From NCBI GenBank assembly GCA_963836755.1, contig CAWIKF010000001.1, forward strand, positions 672,001 to 736,000: DNA of 64,000 bases, in the 5' to 3' direction. Source of the DNA: an uncultured Verrucomicrobiae bacterium (GTDB lineage: Bacteria; Verrucomicrobiota; Verrucomicrobiia; Chthoniobacterales; Chthoniobacteraceae). The translations under genes and the position numbers were made by a program. Under the pieces are notes generated by a model. That model had not been told where the DNA came from and did not search any database. It was given only the letters and a program-made list of their open reading frames with translations. Of this stretch, positions 19,594 to 27,942 are shown piece after piece. How positions within the stretch are numbered: position 1 is the first letter of the stretch; each line of letters starts with the position of its first letter.

Positions 19594-21360
19594 ATGAGCG
19601 ACGAGCCGGCGTCTTCCGAAAAAAGATTTCATGGAGTAGGTGTCTCGCCCGGCATCGCGCGCGGCACCGTATTCGTTCATCGTGCCGATGACGAGGAGCC
19701 GCCGCTGCGGCACATCTCCGAGGAGCAGATTCCCAGCGAGATCGCCCGCTTCGAATCCGCACTCATCGCCACGCGCGCACAGATTTTGGAAATGCAGGAG
19801 CGCATCGCCGAGGCAATCGGCGCGAAGGATGCCGGGATTTTCGACGCCCATCTGCTCGTCGTCGAAGATCGCACGCTCATCGATGAAGTGCTGCGAACCT
19901 TGACGCGGGACAAAACAAATGTTGAACACGTGTTTCAGGCCGTCGCGAACCGTTATTCAAAAACGCTGAGCGAAATCGACGACCCGTATTTGCGCGAGCG
20001 TGCGCTCGACATCCACGACGTTGCGCGCCGCGTCGTCCATAATTTGATGGGCAAATCGACACGTGCGCTTTCCGCGGTCGACACGCCGCACGTGCTCGTT
20101 TCGCACAATCTCACTCCGTCCGATACCGCGCAGCTCAACCGCCGTCTCGTCCTTGGCTTTGCCACCGATGTCGGCAGCAAAACCTCGCACACTGCGATCA
20201 TGGCACGCTCGCTGAACATCCCGGCCGTCGTCGGGTTGCACGATGTCAGCGAGATCCTCGAGACGGGCGACCATGTCCTGCTCGATGGCTACAACGGCTG
20301 CCTCATCATCAACCCGAGCGACCAGACGCTCTGGGAATACGGTGAGCTCGAGGTCAAGCGCGGTCAGGTCGAGGAAAAACTCACCGAACTCCGCGAGACC
20401 TCGTCGACCACCGGCGATGGTCGCCACGTCATCCTCTCCGCGAATATCGAGCTGCCGGATGAAGTCGAGTTTGTCTTGAAATCGGGCGCTGAAGGCGTCG
20501 GCCTTTATCGCACAGAGTTCTTTTATTTAAACAAAACCGAGCTGCCCGACGAGGAGGAGCAATACGAAAACTACCGCAAAGTAGCGGAGCAAATTTTGCC
20601 GCACAGCGTCATCGTCCGCACGCTCGATCTCGGCGGCGACAAGTTCATGAGCGCGCTCGATCTGCCGGAGGAGCTCAACCCATTCCTCGGCTGGCGCGCG
20701 ATTCGTTTCTGCCTCGAAAAACTCGACATCTTCAAGGTCCAGCTCCGCGCAATCCTGCGCGCCAGCAGCATTGGCAACCTCCGCATGATGTATCCGATGA
20801 TCTCCGGCGTGGAGGAATTGCGCCGCGCGAATGCCGTGCTCGAGGAGTGCAAAGACGAGCTGCGCGCCGCCAATATTCCCTTCAACGAAAACATGGAAGT
20901 CGGCGCGATGATCGAGATTCCAAGCGCCGCCCTGACCGCGGACATCATCGCGCAGGAGGTCGATTTCTTCAGCATAGGCACGAACGACCTCATCCAATAT
21001 TCCATCGCCGTGGACCGAGTGAACGAGCGGATCGCGCACCTCTACGAGCCGACGCATCCCGCGATCATTCGTCTTTTGAAAATGGTCATCGACGCCGCGC
21101 ACGCGCACAATTTGTGGGTCGGCATCTGTGGCGAAATGGCTGGCGAAGTCGCCCTCACGCCGCTCCTCCTCGGCCTCGGCGTCGATGAACTCAGCACCGG
21201 CGCGGCGCTCGTCCCGCGCGTGAAACGAGCCGTGCAAAGCCTCGACATCGGCATCTGTCTGCAGCTCGTCGAGGAAGTCCTTCGCATGGAAAGTGCGGCG
21301 GAAATCCTTGCGCGCTGCGAGGTCATCGCCAAGAAACATTACCCCGAGCTGCTCGATTAA
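19594..21360 (+). CDS. ptsI: PTS enzyme I
   Basis: GVSPGIA, TSHTAIMARS, GVGLYRTEF, NPFLGWRAIR, FSIGTNDL, GICGE. Confidence 0.96.
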   Translation: MSDEPASSEKRFHGVGVSPGIARGTVFVHRADDEEPPLRHISEEQIPSEIARFESALIATRAQILEMQERIAEAIGAKDAGIFDAHLLVVEDRTLIDEVLRTLTRDKTNVEHVFQAVANRYSKTLSEIDDPYLRERALDIHDVARRVVHNLMGKSTRALSAVDTPHVLVSHNLTPSDTAQLNRRLVLGFATDVGSKTSHTAIMARSLNIPAVVGLHDVSEILETGDHVLLDGYNGCLIINPSDQTLWEYGELEVKRGQVEEKLTELRETSSTTGDGRHVILSANIELPDEVEFVLKSGAEGVGLYRTEFFYLNKTELPDEEEQYENYRKVAEQILPHSVIVRTLDLGGDKFMSALDLPEELNPFLGWRAIRFCLEKLDIFKVQLRAILRASSIGNLRMMYPMISGVEELRRANAVLEECKDELRAANIPFNENMEVGAMIEIPSAALTADIIAQEVDFFSIGTNDLIQYSIAVDRVNERIAHLYEPTHPAIIRLLKMVIDAAHAHNLWVGICGEMAGEVALTPLLLGLGVDELSTGAALVPRVKRAVQSLDIGICLQLVEEVLRMESAAEILARCEVIAKKHYPELLD

Positions 21361-21369
21361 TCGCCGCCG

Positions 21370-22032
21370 ATGAATGAGCTGATTGTCGCGCCATCCGTTC
21401 TCGCCAGCGATTTCTCGCAGATGCGGGACGAAGTCCGCCGCGCGCAAAACGCCGGCGCCGATTGGCTGCACATGGACATCATGGATGGCCATTTCGTCGA
21501 CAACATTTCCTTCGGCCCCGCGTTCGTTGCCGCCGTCCACGGCTGCGCATCCGTCCCGCTCGACGTCCATCTCATGATCGAGCGGCCCGACCATTACGTT
21601 CCGCGGTTTTCCGCGAGCGCGAGCAACATCACCGTGCACGTCGAGGCGAAACACAATGTTAACAGGACGCTGTCGCACATCCGGCAGACCGGCTGCACCG
21701 CCGGCCTCTCGCTCAATCCCGCCACGCCATTTGACGACGTCATTCCGTTCCTCGACAAAATCGACCTACTGCTCGTGATGACCGTCGTGCCGGGCTTTGG
21801 CGGGCAATCGTTCATCCCGGAAGTCGTGCCTAAGATCACCGCGGCGAATGATTACCGCCGCAAGCATGGGCTCAATTTCCGCATCGAAGTCGACGGCGGC
21901 ATCAACATGAAAACTGCGCCCATCACCATTCGCGAAGGTGCCGACACACTCGTCGTCGGCACCTACGGATTCGGCGCGGCAGACATGCGGGAAGCGCTGC
22001 TCGATCTGCGCGACGCCGCTACTGCAGGCTGA
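21370..22032 (+). CDS. rpe: Ribulose-phosphate 3-epimerase
   Basis: APSVLASDF, HMDIMDGHFV, DVHLMI, MTVVPGFGGQ, EVDGGI. Confidence 0.96.
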   Translation: MNELIVAPSVLASDFSQMRDEVRRAQNAGADWLHMDIMDGHFVDNISFGPAFVAAVHGCASVPLDVHLMIERPDHYVPRFSASASNITVHVEAKHNVNRTLSHIRQTGCTAGLSLNPATPFDDVIPFLDKIDLLLVMTVVPGFGGQSFIPEVVPKITAANDYRRKHGLNFRIEVDGGINMKTAPITIREGADTLVVGTYGFGAADMREALLDLRDAATAG

Positions 22033-23227
22033 TTTCGGGCGCTTCGCGAGCGAGCTCGAGCAGCGCCAGCGCCTCGCCCACCAGGAAAAGCGAACCGGTC
22101 ACCAGAACTTTGTCGCGCCGCGATTTCGCGATGCGGAGCGCCTCCGCGAGATCATGCGCGACCGCGCATTCCACATTGCCCGCCGCCGCGCAAATCTCTT
22201 CCGCGTTGCTCGAGCGCTGACTGCGAACCGGCACCGCAACAAGGAAAGCGGCGATTGGCGCCAGCGCCGCGCAGATCGCGCCAATATCCTTGTCGCGCAA
22301 AATTCCTGCGACAATCGTCGCCTTTTCCTCGCCGAAACTTTCACGCCACGTCTGCGCCAGCCGCTGCGCCGCGGCCACATTGTGCGCCCCATCGAGCACG
22401 ATCCGCTCATCCACGATTTGGAAACGCCCGGCCCAATTCACGCCGCGCAATCCCTCACGCAGCGCCGCCTCATCCACCGGAACTTTGGCCGCATCCAATG
22501 CCGCGCGCGCCAGCGCTGCATTCAGCCTTTGATGACTCCCCGGCAGCGCGATTTCAAAATCCGCCAGCGGTTGTGTGACAAAACGGAGCGAAGCACCTTG
22601 TGCGACAGCCGTTTGCCGCAGCACCTCTGCCGCTTCCGGCGCTTGCGGCGCGGAGATCACCGGCACCCCCGGCTTGATGATCCCCGCTTTCTCGCCCGCG
22701 ATCTTCTCGAGCGTCGCGCCGAGGAACGCCTGGTGATCGAGATCGATCGGCGTGATGATGCTCGCCAGCGGCGTCACCACGTTCGTCGAGTCGAGCCGCC
22801 CGCCCATCCCCGTCTCGAGCACCACCACGTCCGCAGCCGCCTGCTGGAAAAAAACCAGCGCCAGCGCCGTTGTGATCTCAAAAAAAGTCGGATGCGGCTC
22901 CCAGCCACGGACCACCGCACGGATCGCGTCCAGCCCCTTCGCCACCTCTTCTTCGCCGATCATCTCACCGCCGAGCCGGATGCGCTCGCGGAAGGTCACT
23001 AGGTGCGGCGACGTGAAAAGCCCGGTGCGCAAACCCTGCGCGCGGCAGATCGCATCAAGCATCGCGCAGACCGAGCCCTTGCCATTCGTGCCCGCTACGT
23101 GCAAAAACCGCTGCCCGCGCGGATGCCAGCCCAGCTCGCCGAGCAACGTGCGGACATTGTCGAGCCCGAGTTTGATGCCATGTTTCTGCGTGGCGTAAAG
23201 CCATGCCAATGCTTCGGGATAAGTCAT
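22019..23227 (-). CDS. folC: Folylpolyglutamate synthase/dihydrofolate synthase
   Basis: HVAGTNGKGS, FTSPHL, LETGMGGRLDSTN, LDGAHN, VTGSLFLVG. Confidence 0.96.
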   Translation of the reverse strand: MTYPEALAWLYATQKHGIKLGLDNVRTLLGELGWHPRGQRFLHVAGTNGKGSVCAMLDAICRAQGLRTGLFTSPHLVTFRERIRLGGEMIGEEEVAKGLDAIRAVVRGWEPHPTFFEITTALALVFFQQAAADVVVLETGMGGRLDSTNVVTPLASIITPIDLDHQAFLGATLEKIAGEKAGIIKPGVPVISAPQAPEAAEVLRQTAVAQGASLRFVTQPLADFEIALPGSHQRLNAALARAALDAAKVPVDEAALREGLRGVNWAGRFQIVDERIVLDGAHNVAAAQRLAQTWRESFGEEKATIVAGILRDKDIGAICAALAPIAAFLVAVPVRSQRSSNAEEICAAAGNVECAVAHDLAEALRIAKSRRDKVLVTGSLFLVGEALALLELAREAPEISLQ

Positions 23228-23379
23228 GCGCGCGCCATGAATTTTACCATCCCGGCCGCCGCTGACCAGAGCCAGATGGCGTCAAAGTAGGGACGGCTCT
23301 TAACCTCCGGCAGTCATCTGCTTTCGATCATGGCAGTCCAGTGGCCTCGACGAACAAGCCAGTCAACCGACGAAGCTAA

Positions 23380-23697
23380 CTATCCTCCGCCTTTGAGGCC
23401 ATCGCGAAAAGCGATCGATTCCAACTCGACCCGGACAGCCTCCTCGATCGGAATCACAGGACGCGCCTCAAAGACGAACGCGGGCAGCATCGAGCAGAAC
23501 TTGTGTATGGCTGCCGGTTCATCGCACTCGAGCAGCATGTAACCACCCCAGTCGCCAACCCGGATCACGAACAGTTCGATCTTGAAACTCGCGGGAGCTT
23601 TCCATTGCGTGAAAACTTCGAGAATCCGCTTCTGGGCATTCTCGTATTCCATCGGCGATCCTTGGGGACGCTCGGTCCACGTAAGCATGTATTTCAT
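23380..23697 (-). CDS. DUF3303-like small protein (putative cassette gene)
   Basis: MKYMLTW..FTQWKAP..GGYMLLECD..FEARPVIPIEE pattern; GAGGA RBS; starts 26 nt after an attC-like site. Confidence 0.75.
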   Translation of the reverse strand: MKYMLTWTERPQGSPMEYENAQKRILEVFTQWKAPASFKIELFVIRVGDWGGYMLLECDEPAAIHKFCSMLPAFVFEARPVIPIEEAVRVELESIAFRDGLKGGG

Positions 23698-23723
23698 TTG
23701 TTTATCCTCTATGCGCGTGGTCT

Positions 23724-23772
23724 GCGTAGCGAGAACGATCTCAACTACCGGCGGAGCCTATCAGCTGCATCG
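23724..23772 (-). repeat. attC-like hairpin, degenerate copy 1
   Basis: Minus strand ATGCAGCTGATAGGCTCCGCCGGTAGTTGAGATCGTTCTCGCTACGC aligns without gaps to the 27604 and 32432 copies. Confidence 0.7.
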
Positions 23773-24134
23773 GTAACTAATTACTTAACGCACCATGAAA
23801 ATGTTCTCAGTGTGGGAGCTTTTGGACACCATAGACATTGAGCATTTAGCAGTGCCCTGAGTCAGTTATCATACGCTGCATTCATGGGACATAATGACGG
23901 AATGCCTTACGCAAGTCGTTCAGAAAGGGATGCGCGAATCTCTTTTACAGAAGCAGCTGGGCATCTTTTCATTTTCAAAGAGGCATGGCGAAATCCTACG
24001 TTTCACGCAAAGAAAACTTCCACTCGGATGAAGCAGAAACCGTCTTGAAAAATGCAGGCGCATTCATGCACGAATCTTTGCGATCGATCAGGCTCAGAAT
24101 ACTTTGGCACCGATCCCCGCAACGTTATCGGAGT

Positions 24135-24761
24135 CTAAACCGGCTTTTTAAGCAAGACCGACTTCTTCAGAGCCAGCGTCATGTCCCTGAGGAGTTCCTC
24201 CTCGCCGTAGGGCTTGCCTTTCGCGAGCTTGAAATTCTCCGGCCCTTGTCGGAAGAGATTAAGCGGGCCGGGATTCCGCATTTGGGTATAACGGTAAACC
24301 TTTCCATCCTGCACTAGTTTCGCATCCACGACCCCATAACCACCCGCAGGGTCGTTGCGCAAAAACAGCAGAACTTTTCCCGGTGGGAAATACTCTGCCT
24401 TATGGACGGAAACGACTTCCTTGGTCGCATTCAGCACCGTGTAAGGGCCGTTGTTGAATAAGTAGCGGCAGAATAAACCGCCATACTGGATCGTGATTTC
24501 CGCACCCGGCGCGAGATCGCCCTTGAAACTTTGCAGCACCTTGCAGCGCGTAATGGTGATCGTATCCGTCCATTTTATTAGACCCCTGGAATCCGTGATC
24601 TCGTGTGGGACATCCTTTGTCTTCACATCCTCCTCTTCGCAGTAGACGACAACATCGGAAAGCAGGATCAGCGACTCCATGCGATAGGATGGAATCAACT
24701 TTGCCCGCCCCGTAACCGCACAAACGAGAAGCATCAGGAGAGCTAGAAAACGATTCTTCAT
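24135..24761 (-). CDS. Hypothetical exported protein
   Basis: Signal peptide MKNRFLALLMLLVCAVTGRA; ATGA overlap with the upstream gene stop. Confidence 0.7.
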   Translation of the reverse strand: MKNRFLALLMLLVCAVTGRAKLIPSYRMESLILLSDVVVYCEEEDVKTKDVPHEITDSRGLIKWTDTITITRCKVLQSFKGDLAPGAEITIQYGGLFCRYLFNNGPYTVLNATKEVVSVHKAEYFPPGKVLLFLRNDPAGGYGVVDAKLVQDGKVYRYTQMRNPGPLNLFRQGPENFKLAKGKPYGEEELLRDMTLALKKSVLLKKPV

Positions 24762-25363
24762 CTCTGCGGCTGCGCGGCGGCGATCGGCGTTGCACTTCGC
24801 ATGCGGCGATTTTTGATGACTTCTGCCATCACCAGAAAACGCATCTCGTTGGCGTAACAATATTTGATCACCTTTCCCGAGGCGTCGATGATGCAAAACG
24901 TGGGAAATCCTTCGATGCCATAGGTGTTGTAAGTCTTGTCGGAAATGTCCTGAACCACCGCAAAAGGAACTCTTTCCTTCGTGGTAGTCTCCAGCGCCTC
25001 ATCGTAGGTATCCGTGGAAGGCATCACCCCGAGGATCGTGAGTTCACTCTGCGGGATCGTTAAAAAAAGCGAGCCTAGCTGCTGGCTGGCCGCAATGCAC
25101 CGGCCACAGTTGGCTGAGAAGAAATAGAGCACAGTCACTTTCCCTTTTTGAGTCGAGAGATCAGACGACCCTGCTTGACCGCGTGAAAGCGGAATCAAAC
25201 TTCCCGAAAACTGAACCAAAGGCGCCTTATCACCCTTGAGGATCGCGGCGCGCGTCATAGCCGCTGCATCGATCTTCCGACCCTTGGTCAAAGTGAAATC
25301 CTGCGCGCATGCATGAGCAACTGCTGCAATAAGCACCGCCGACACTATGATGGTTAGCCGCAT
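24758..25363 (-). CDS. TlpA/redoxin-family exported thiol-disulfide protein
   Basis: Signal peptide; KGKVTVLYFFSANCGRC (CxxC); YGIEGFPTFCIIDASG cis-Pro loop. Confidence 0.8.
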   Translation of the reverse strand: MRLTIIVSAVLIAAVAHACAQDFTLTKGRKIDAAAMTRAAILKGDKAPLVQFSGSLIPLSRGQAGSSDLSTQKGKVTVLYFFSANCGRCIAASQQLGSLFLTIPQSELTILGVMPSTDTYDEALETTTKERVPFAVVQDISDKTYNTYGIEGFPTFCIIDASGKVIKYCYANEMRFLVMAEVIKNRRMRSATPIAAAQPQR

Positions 25364-25369
25364 CGAGTG

Positions 25370-25428
25370 GTCAAACGGCACCCAGATCAGCTACAGGCGG
25401 AGGGCTTACCACGATTGCCGGGTTAGGC
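25370..25428 (-). repeat. attC-like site, copy 2
   Basis: GCCTAAC (its TAA is the CDF stop) ... CTCCGCCTGTAGCTGATCTGGGTGCC-GTTTGAC; the next ATG follows 6 nt later. Confidence 0.75.
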
Positions 25429-26379
25429 GCTGGCGTGGGCTTGCTCATGGTCCTCGCAATGTTGAACCTCCACTGTCACGTGGACAAGTTCCTCGTGCTC
25501 GCGAAGTAACTCTCGATAAGCGTCGGAAGATCTTGGCTCGTGCGCCACGATGCAGACGATGGCTGCAAACTTGCCCTCGCTAACCTGCCAAATGTGAAGG
25601 TCTGTGATGAGCGAGTTACCGTCGCTTTCTACTGCGCGGCGAATCTCGTCCGGCAGATCGGACGACGCCGGTGTGCGATCGAGCAGAATGCCACTCGTGA
25701 CCCGCAGAAGGCCATAAGCCCATGAGAAAACTACCACGCTGCCTAGAAGCCCAACCACCGGATCGAGCCACGAGCATCCAAAAAACTTCCCGGCGAGCAA
25801 GGCACCAATCGCTGCGAGAGTCGTGACGGCGTCCGCGAGGACATGGAGATAAGCCGCGCGCAGGTTCAGATCATGGTGATGCGCGTGGCCATGATTCCCG
25901 TGTCCATGTTCGTGATGATGAGAATGGCCGACATCGAGAAGCAACGCGCAAACCAGGTTGACCACCAAAGCGACGCACGCCACCCCGATGGCTTCGACGA
26001 AACGAATCGGCAACGGAAGAAAGAACCGATGCACAGATTCACCCGCCATGAGGAAGGCAACCACCGAGAGCACGATCGCGCTGGCAAAACCGCCTAACAC
26101 CCCCATCTTGCCCGTGCCGAAACTGTAGCTCGGATTACTCGCATGGCGGCGGGTGAAGTGGTAGGCGATCGCGGTGATGAGAAAGGCTGAAACGTGAGTG
26201 CCCATATGCCAGCCATCGGCGAGCACAGCCATTGAGTGAAAGACCATCCCTCCCACGATCTCGACCACCATCATCGTCGCTGCGATGCCGATGACGATGC
26301 GGGTGCGGCGTTCCGCTACCGATGAATCGAGCGTAAAGTTATGCGAGTGCTGCCAGCGGGTTTGGTCGGTGCGGTGCAT
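25423..26379 (-). CDS. dmeF: CDF-family Co/Ni/Zn efflux transporter (DmeF-like)
   Basis: WQHSHNF N-terminus, SMAVLADGWHMGTH, His-rich loop, NLRAAYLHVLAD, DLHIWQV, HVTVEV. Confidence 0.88.
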   Translation of the reverse strand: MHRTDQTRWQHSHNFTLDSSVAERRTRIVIGIAATMMVVEIVGGMVFHSMAVLADGWHMGTHVSAFLITAIAYHFTRRHASNPSYSFGTGKMGVLGGFASAIVLSVVAFLMAGESVHRFFLPLPIRFVEAIGVACVALVVNLVCALLLDVGHSHHHEHGHGNHGHAHHHDLNLRAAYLHVLADAVTTLAAIGALLAGKFFGCSWLDPVVGLLGSVVVFSWAYGLLRVTSGILLDRTPASSDLPDEIRRAVESDGNSLITDLHIWQVSEGKFAAIVCIVAHEPRSSDAYRELLREHEELVHVTVEVQHCEDHEQAHASA

Positions 26380-26418
26380 AGGATGAAAGGTAGGATGCTT
26401 TGGATGCGACGTAAAGAC

Positions 26419-26452
26419 GTCTGGCTAAAAAAAGACCAGCTACAGGCGGAGC
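26419..26452 (-). repeat. attC-like half site, copy 3
   Basis: GCTCCGCCTGTAGCTGGTCTTTTTTTA-GCCAGAC; 3' half of the repeat family with the same spacing. Confidence 0.62.
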
Positions 26453-26732
26453 GCGTGTAAGTGTCTAGTTTTTTCTCTTTAGCTTCCCTTCTGCGGCCCT
26501 TGTCACCTCGATGAGTTCGACGCGTGTCTTATCGCCACCCTCGGTTTCGAGGACTACATTGCCAACTTCTTTTGAGTAATACTTGTGTTCTACGCTTCCC
26601 CTCTCGATTGCGGACCAATCCTTCGTCTTCACGCAGCTGGTGAACGAACCATAAGGCACCGTGACAGTTTCGCCGGTGCTCAATACTTGCCCCATGTCTT
26701 CCGCCTTGGCCTTCAGGTATTCCTGCCGGTAA

Positions 26733-27303
26733 GCCAGATGCCTGGTAGGAGAGGCCGGGGGAGGGGTGGAATCCATGGGTTTGAACGAGTAAACAGGCTG
26801 CCCCAGCCGAGACTGCCACGCGACGGGACGAGCTCGCAAGCCCGGACTGCCCCCGTTTCCGAACCCGCCCATAAACCGCATAAAAACCGCGAGCCTGCAA
26901 TATTACATGAAGCGGATGACATATCGCACGACGATCGTGCAGTATTACATCGTCACCATGCAGTGCTACATGACGACCGTGCAGTATTAGATCGCGACCA
27001 TGTTGTGCTGCATGACGACCGTGCAGTATTACACGACGACCATGTAGTGCTACATGGAGACCGCGCAGTATTACATGGCGACCATGCAGTGCTACATGAT
27101 GACCGTGCAGTATTACACGACGACCATGTAGTGCTACATGAAGGCGGCGCAGTATTACACGATGACCATGCAGTGCTACATGGAGACCGTGCAGTATTAC
27201 ATGGCGACCATGTAGTATTACATGGTGACCGTGCAGTATGACATTGCCGGACTTTTTGACCGCATCACGCCCATGTTACTCTGTAAACCGTCCGCTCTGG
27301 CCT
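26733..27303. repeat. Duplicated segment, copy 1 (paralogue of ~30803-31313)
   Basis: Near-identical AGATGCCTGGTAGG..GGGGGAGGGGTGGAATCCATGG..CCCGGACTGCCCCCGTTTCCGAACCCGCCC through to TTACTCTGT..ACCGTC. Confidence 0.93.
26897..27244. repeat. 21-bp tandem repeat, 16 units plus a partial unit
   Basis: Alternating GCAGTATTACATGGCGACCAT / GYAGTGCTACATGRNGACCGT-type units; 336 bp from first unit to the partial unit = 16 x 21. Confidence 0.95.
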
Positions 27304-27603
27304 AGGTTCGCCGGGGTGAGGGTTGGATTGCATCACGATGCCCGGCTTGGCTCCGTCGATAGCAGCTTCCCATGAGCCATCTTTGCTGGCCTTCTTGCCT
27401 TTCTTGTATTCCGTCGAATCCTCGCCGAAATACCAGACATTGCCTGCCTTATCCTGAGCATACCAATCGTAGGTCTCCTCGATGAGTTGATCGTTGTGCC
27501 ACACCCGATCCCATACCAGCGATAAATACCAAGATGTCAAAAACGGTGTATCCGGCGTTGGCCTGTCTGGAATCATTCGGTGAAATCATACACGCACGGA
27601 ATC

Positions 27604-27663
27604 GCCCAGCGAGAATAACATCAGCTACAGGCGGAGCCTGTTAGCTGCAGCGCACGGTTAGGC
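27604..27663 (-). repeat. attC-like 60-bp hairpin, copy 4
   Basis: GCCTAACCGTGCGCTGCAGCTAACAGGCTCCGCCTGTAGCTGATGTTATTCTCGCTGGGC; begins 10 nt after the TGA at 27674. Confidence 0.82.
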
Positions 27664-27942
27664 GGCGGTTGGTTCATTTTTGTGCGTTGGTCACACTCTC
27701 AAGGCGATGCTGCAAAAAAGACCGATAAGGCAGGGGATGAAACTCTTCATAAAGACTTAAAGGAAGTGGCAAAGGGGTGATGTATGAGATCGTTCCTATC
27801 GCCACGCGTCCAGCAGTGGAAGCATAACTTTTTTGCCAGTAGAACCGACTGTGTTGTGAACTATTTCGTTTGACTCTGCCATGCCTTTCTCCCATTCATG
27901 GCGCTCTTCCCCTTACTCAAAGAAGCTCTCGCAGTTATTCTT

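Larger units (their letters stand above)
26465..27576 (-). pseudogene. Conserved hypothetical gene split by a ~570-bp insertion
   Basis: N-part DWYAQDKAGNVWYFGEDS..GSWEA..DGAKPGIVM..PHPGEP (to ~27304) continues naturally into YRQEY..AEDMG..VTVPYGSF..EHKYY (from ~26732). Confidence 0.78.

Noticed and set aside
20527..21678. Long antisense ORFs (also 36678-38054, 21938-23002, 41008-42171, 28882-29895)
   Set aside because: Shadow frames of high-GC genes with clear motifs on the opposite strand
23287..23300. GTAGGGACGGCTCT as a GTAG-type REP at the island's left edge
   Set aside because: Single copy, no palindromic partner, no RAYT gene
23780..24130. AT-rich gap and ORF 23985-24317 as a gene
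   Set aside because: No motif, overlaps the minus-strand gene, and no credible long frame; likely decayed cassette DNA
26585..27241. 218-aa ORF with His/Asp-rich heptads (HDDRAVL/HGDHAVL), a tempting metal-binding partner for the neighbouring CDF transporter
   Set aside because: It is a by-product of the 21-bp repeat, overlaps a conserved gene on the opposite strand, and the paralogous array is frameshifted
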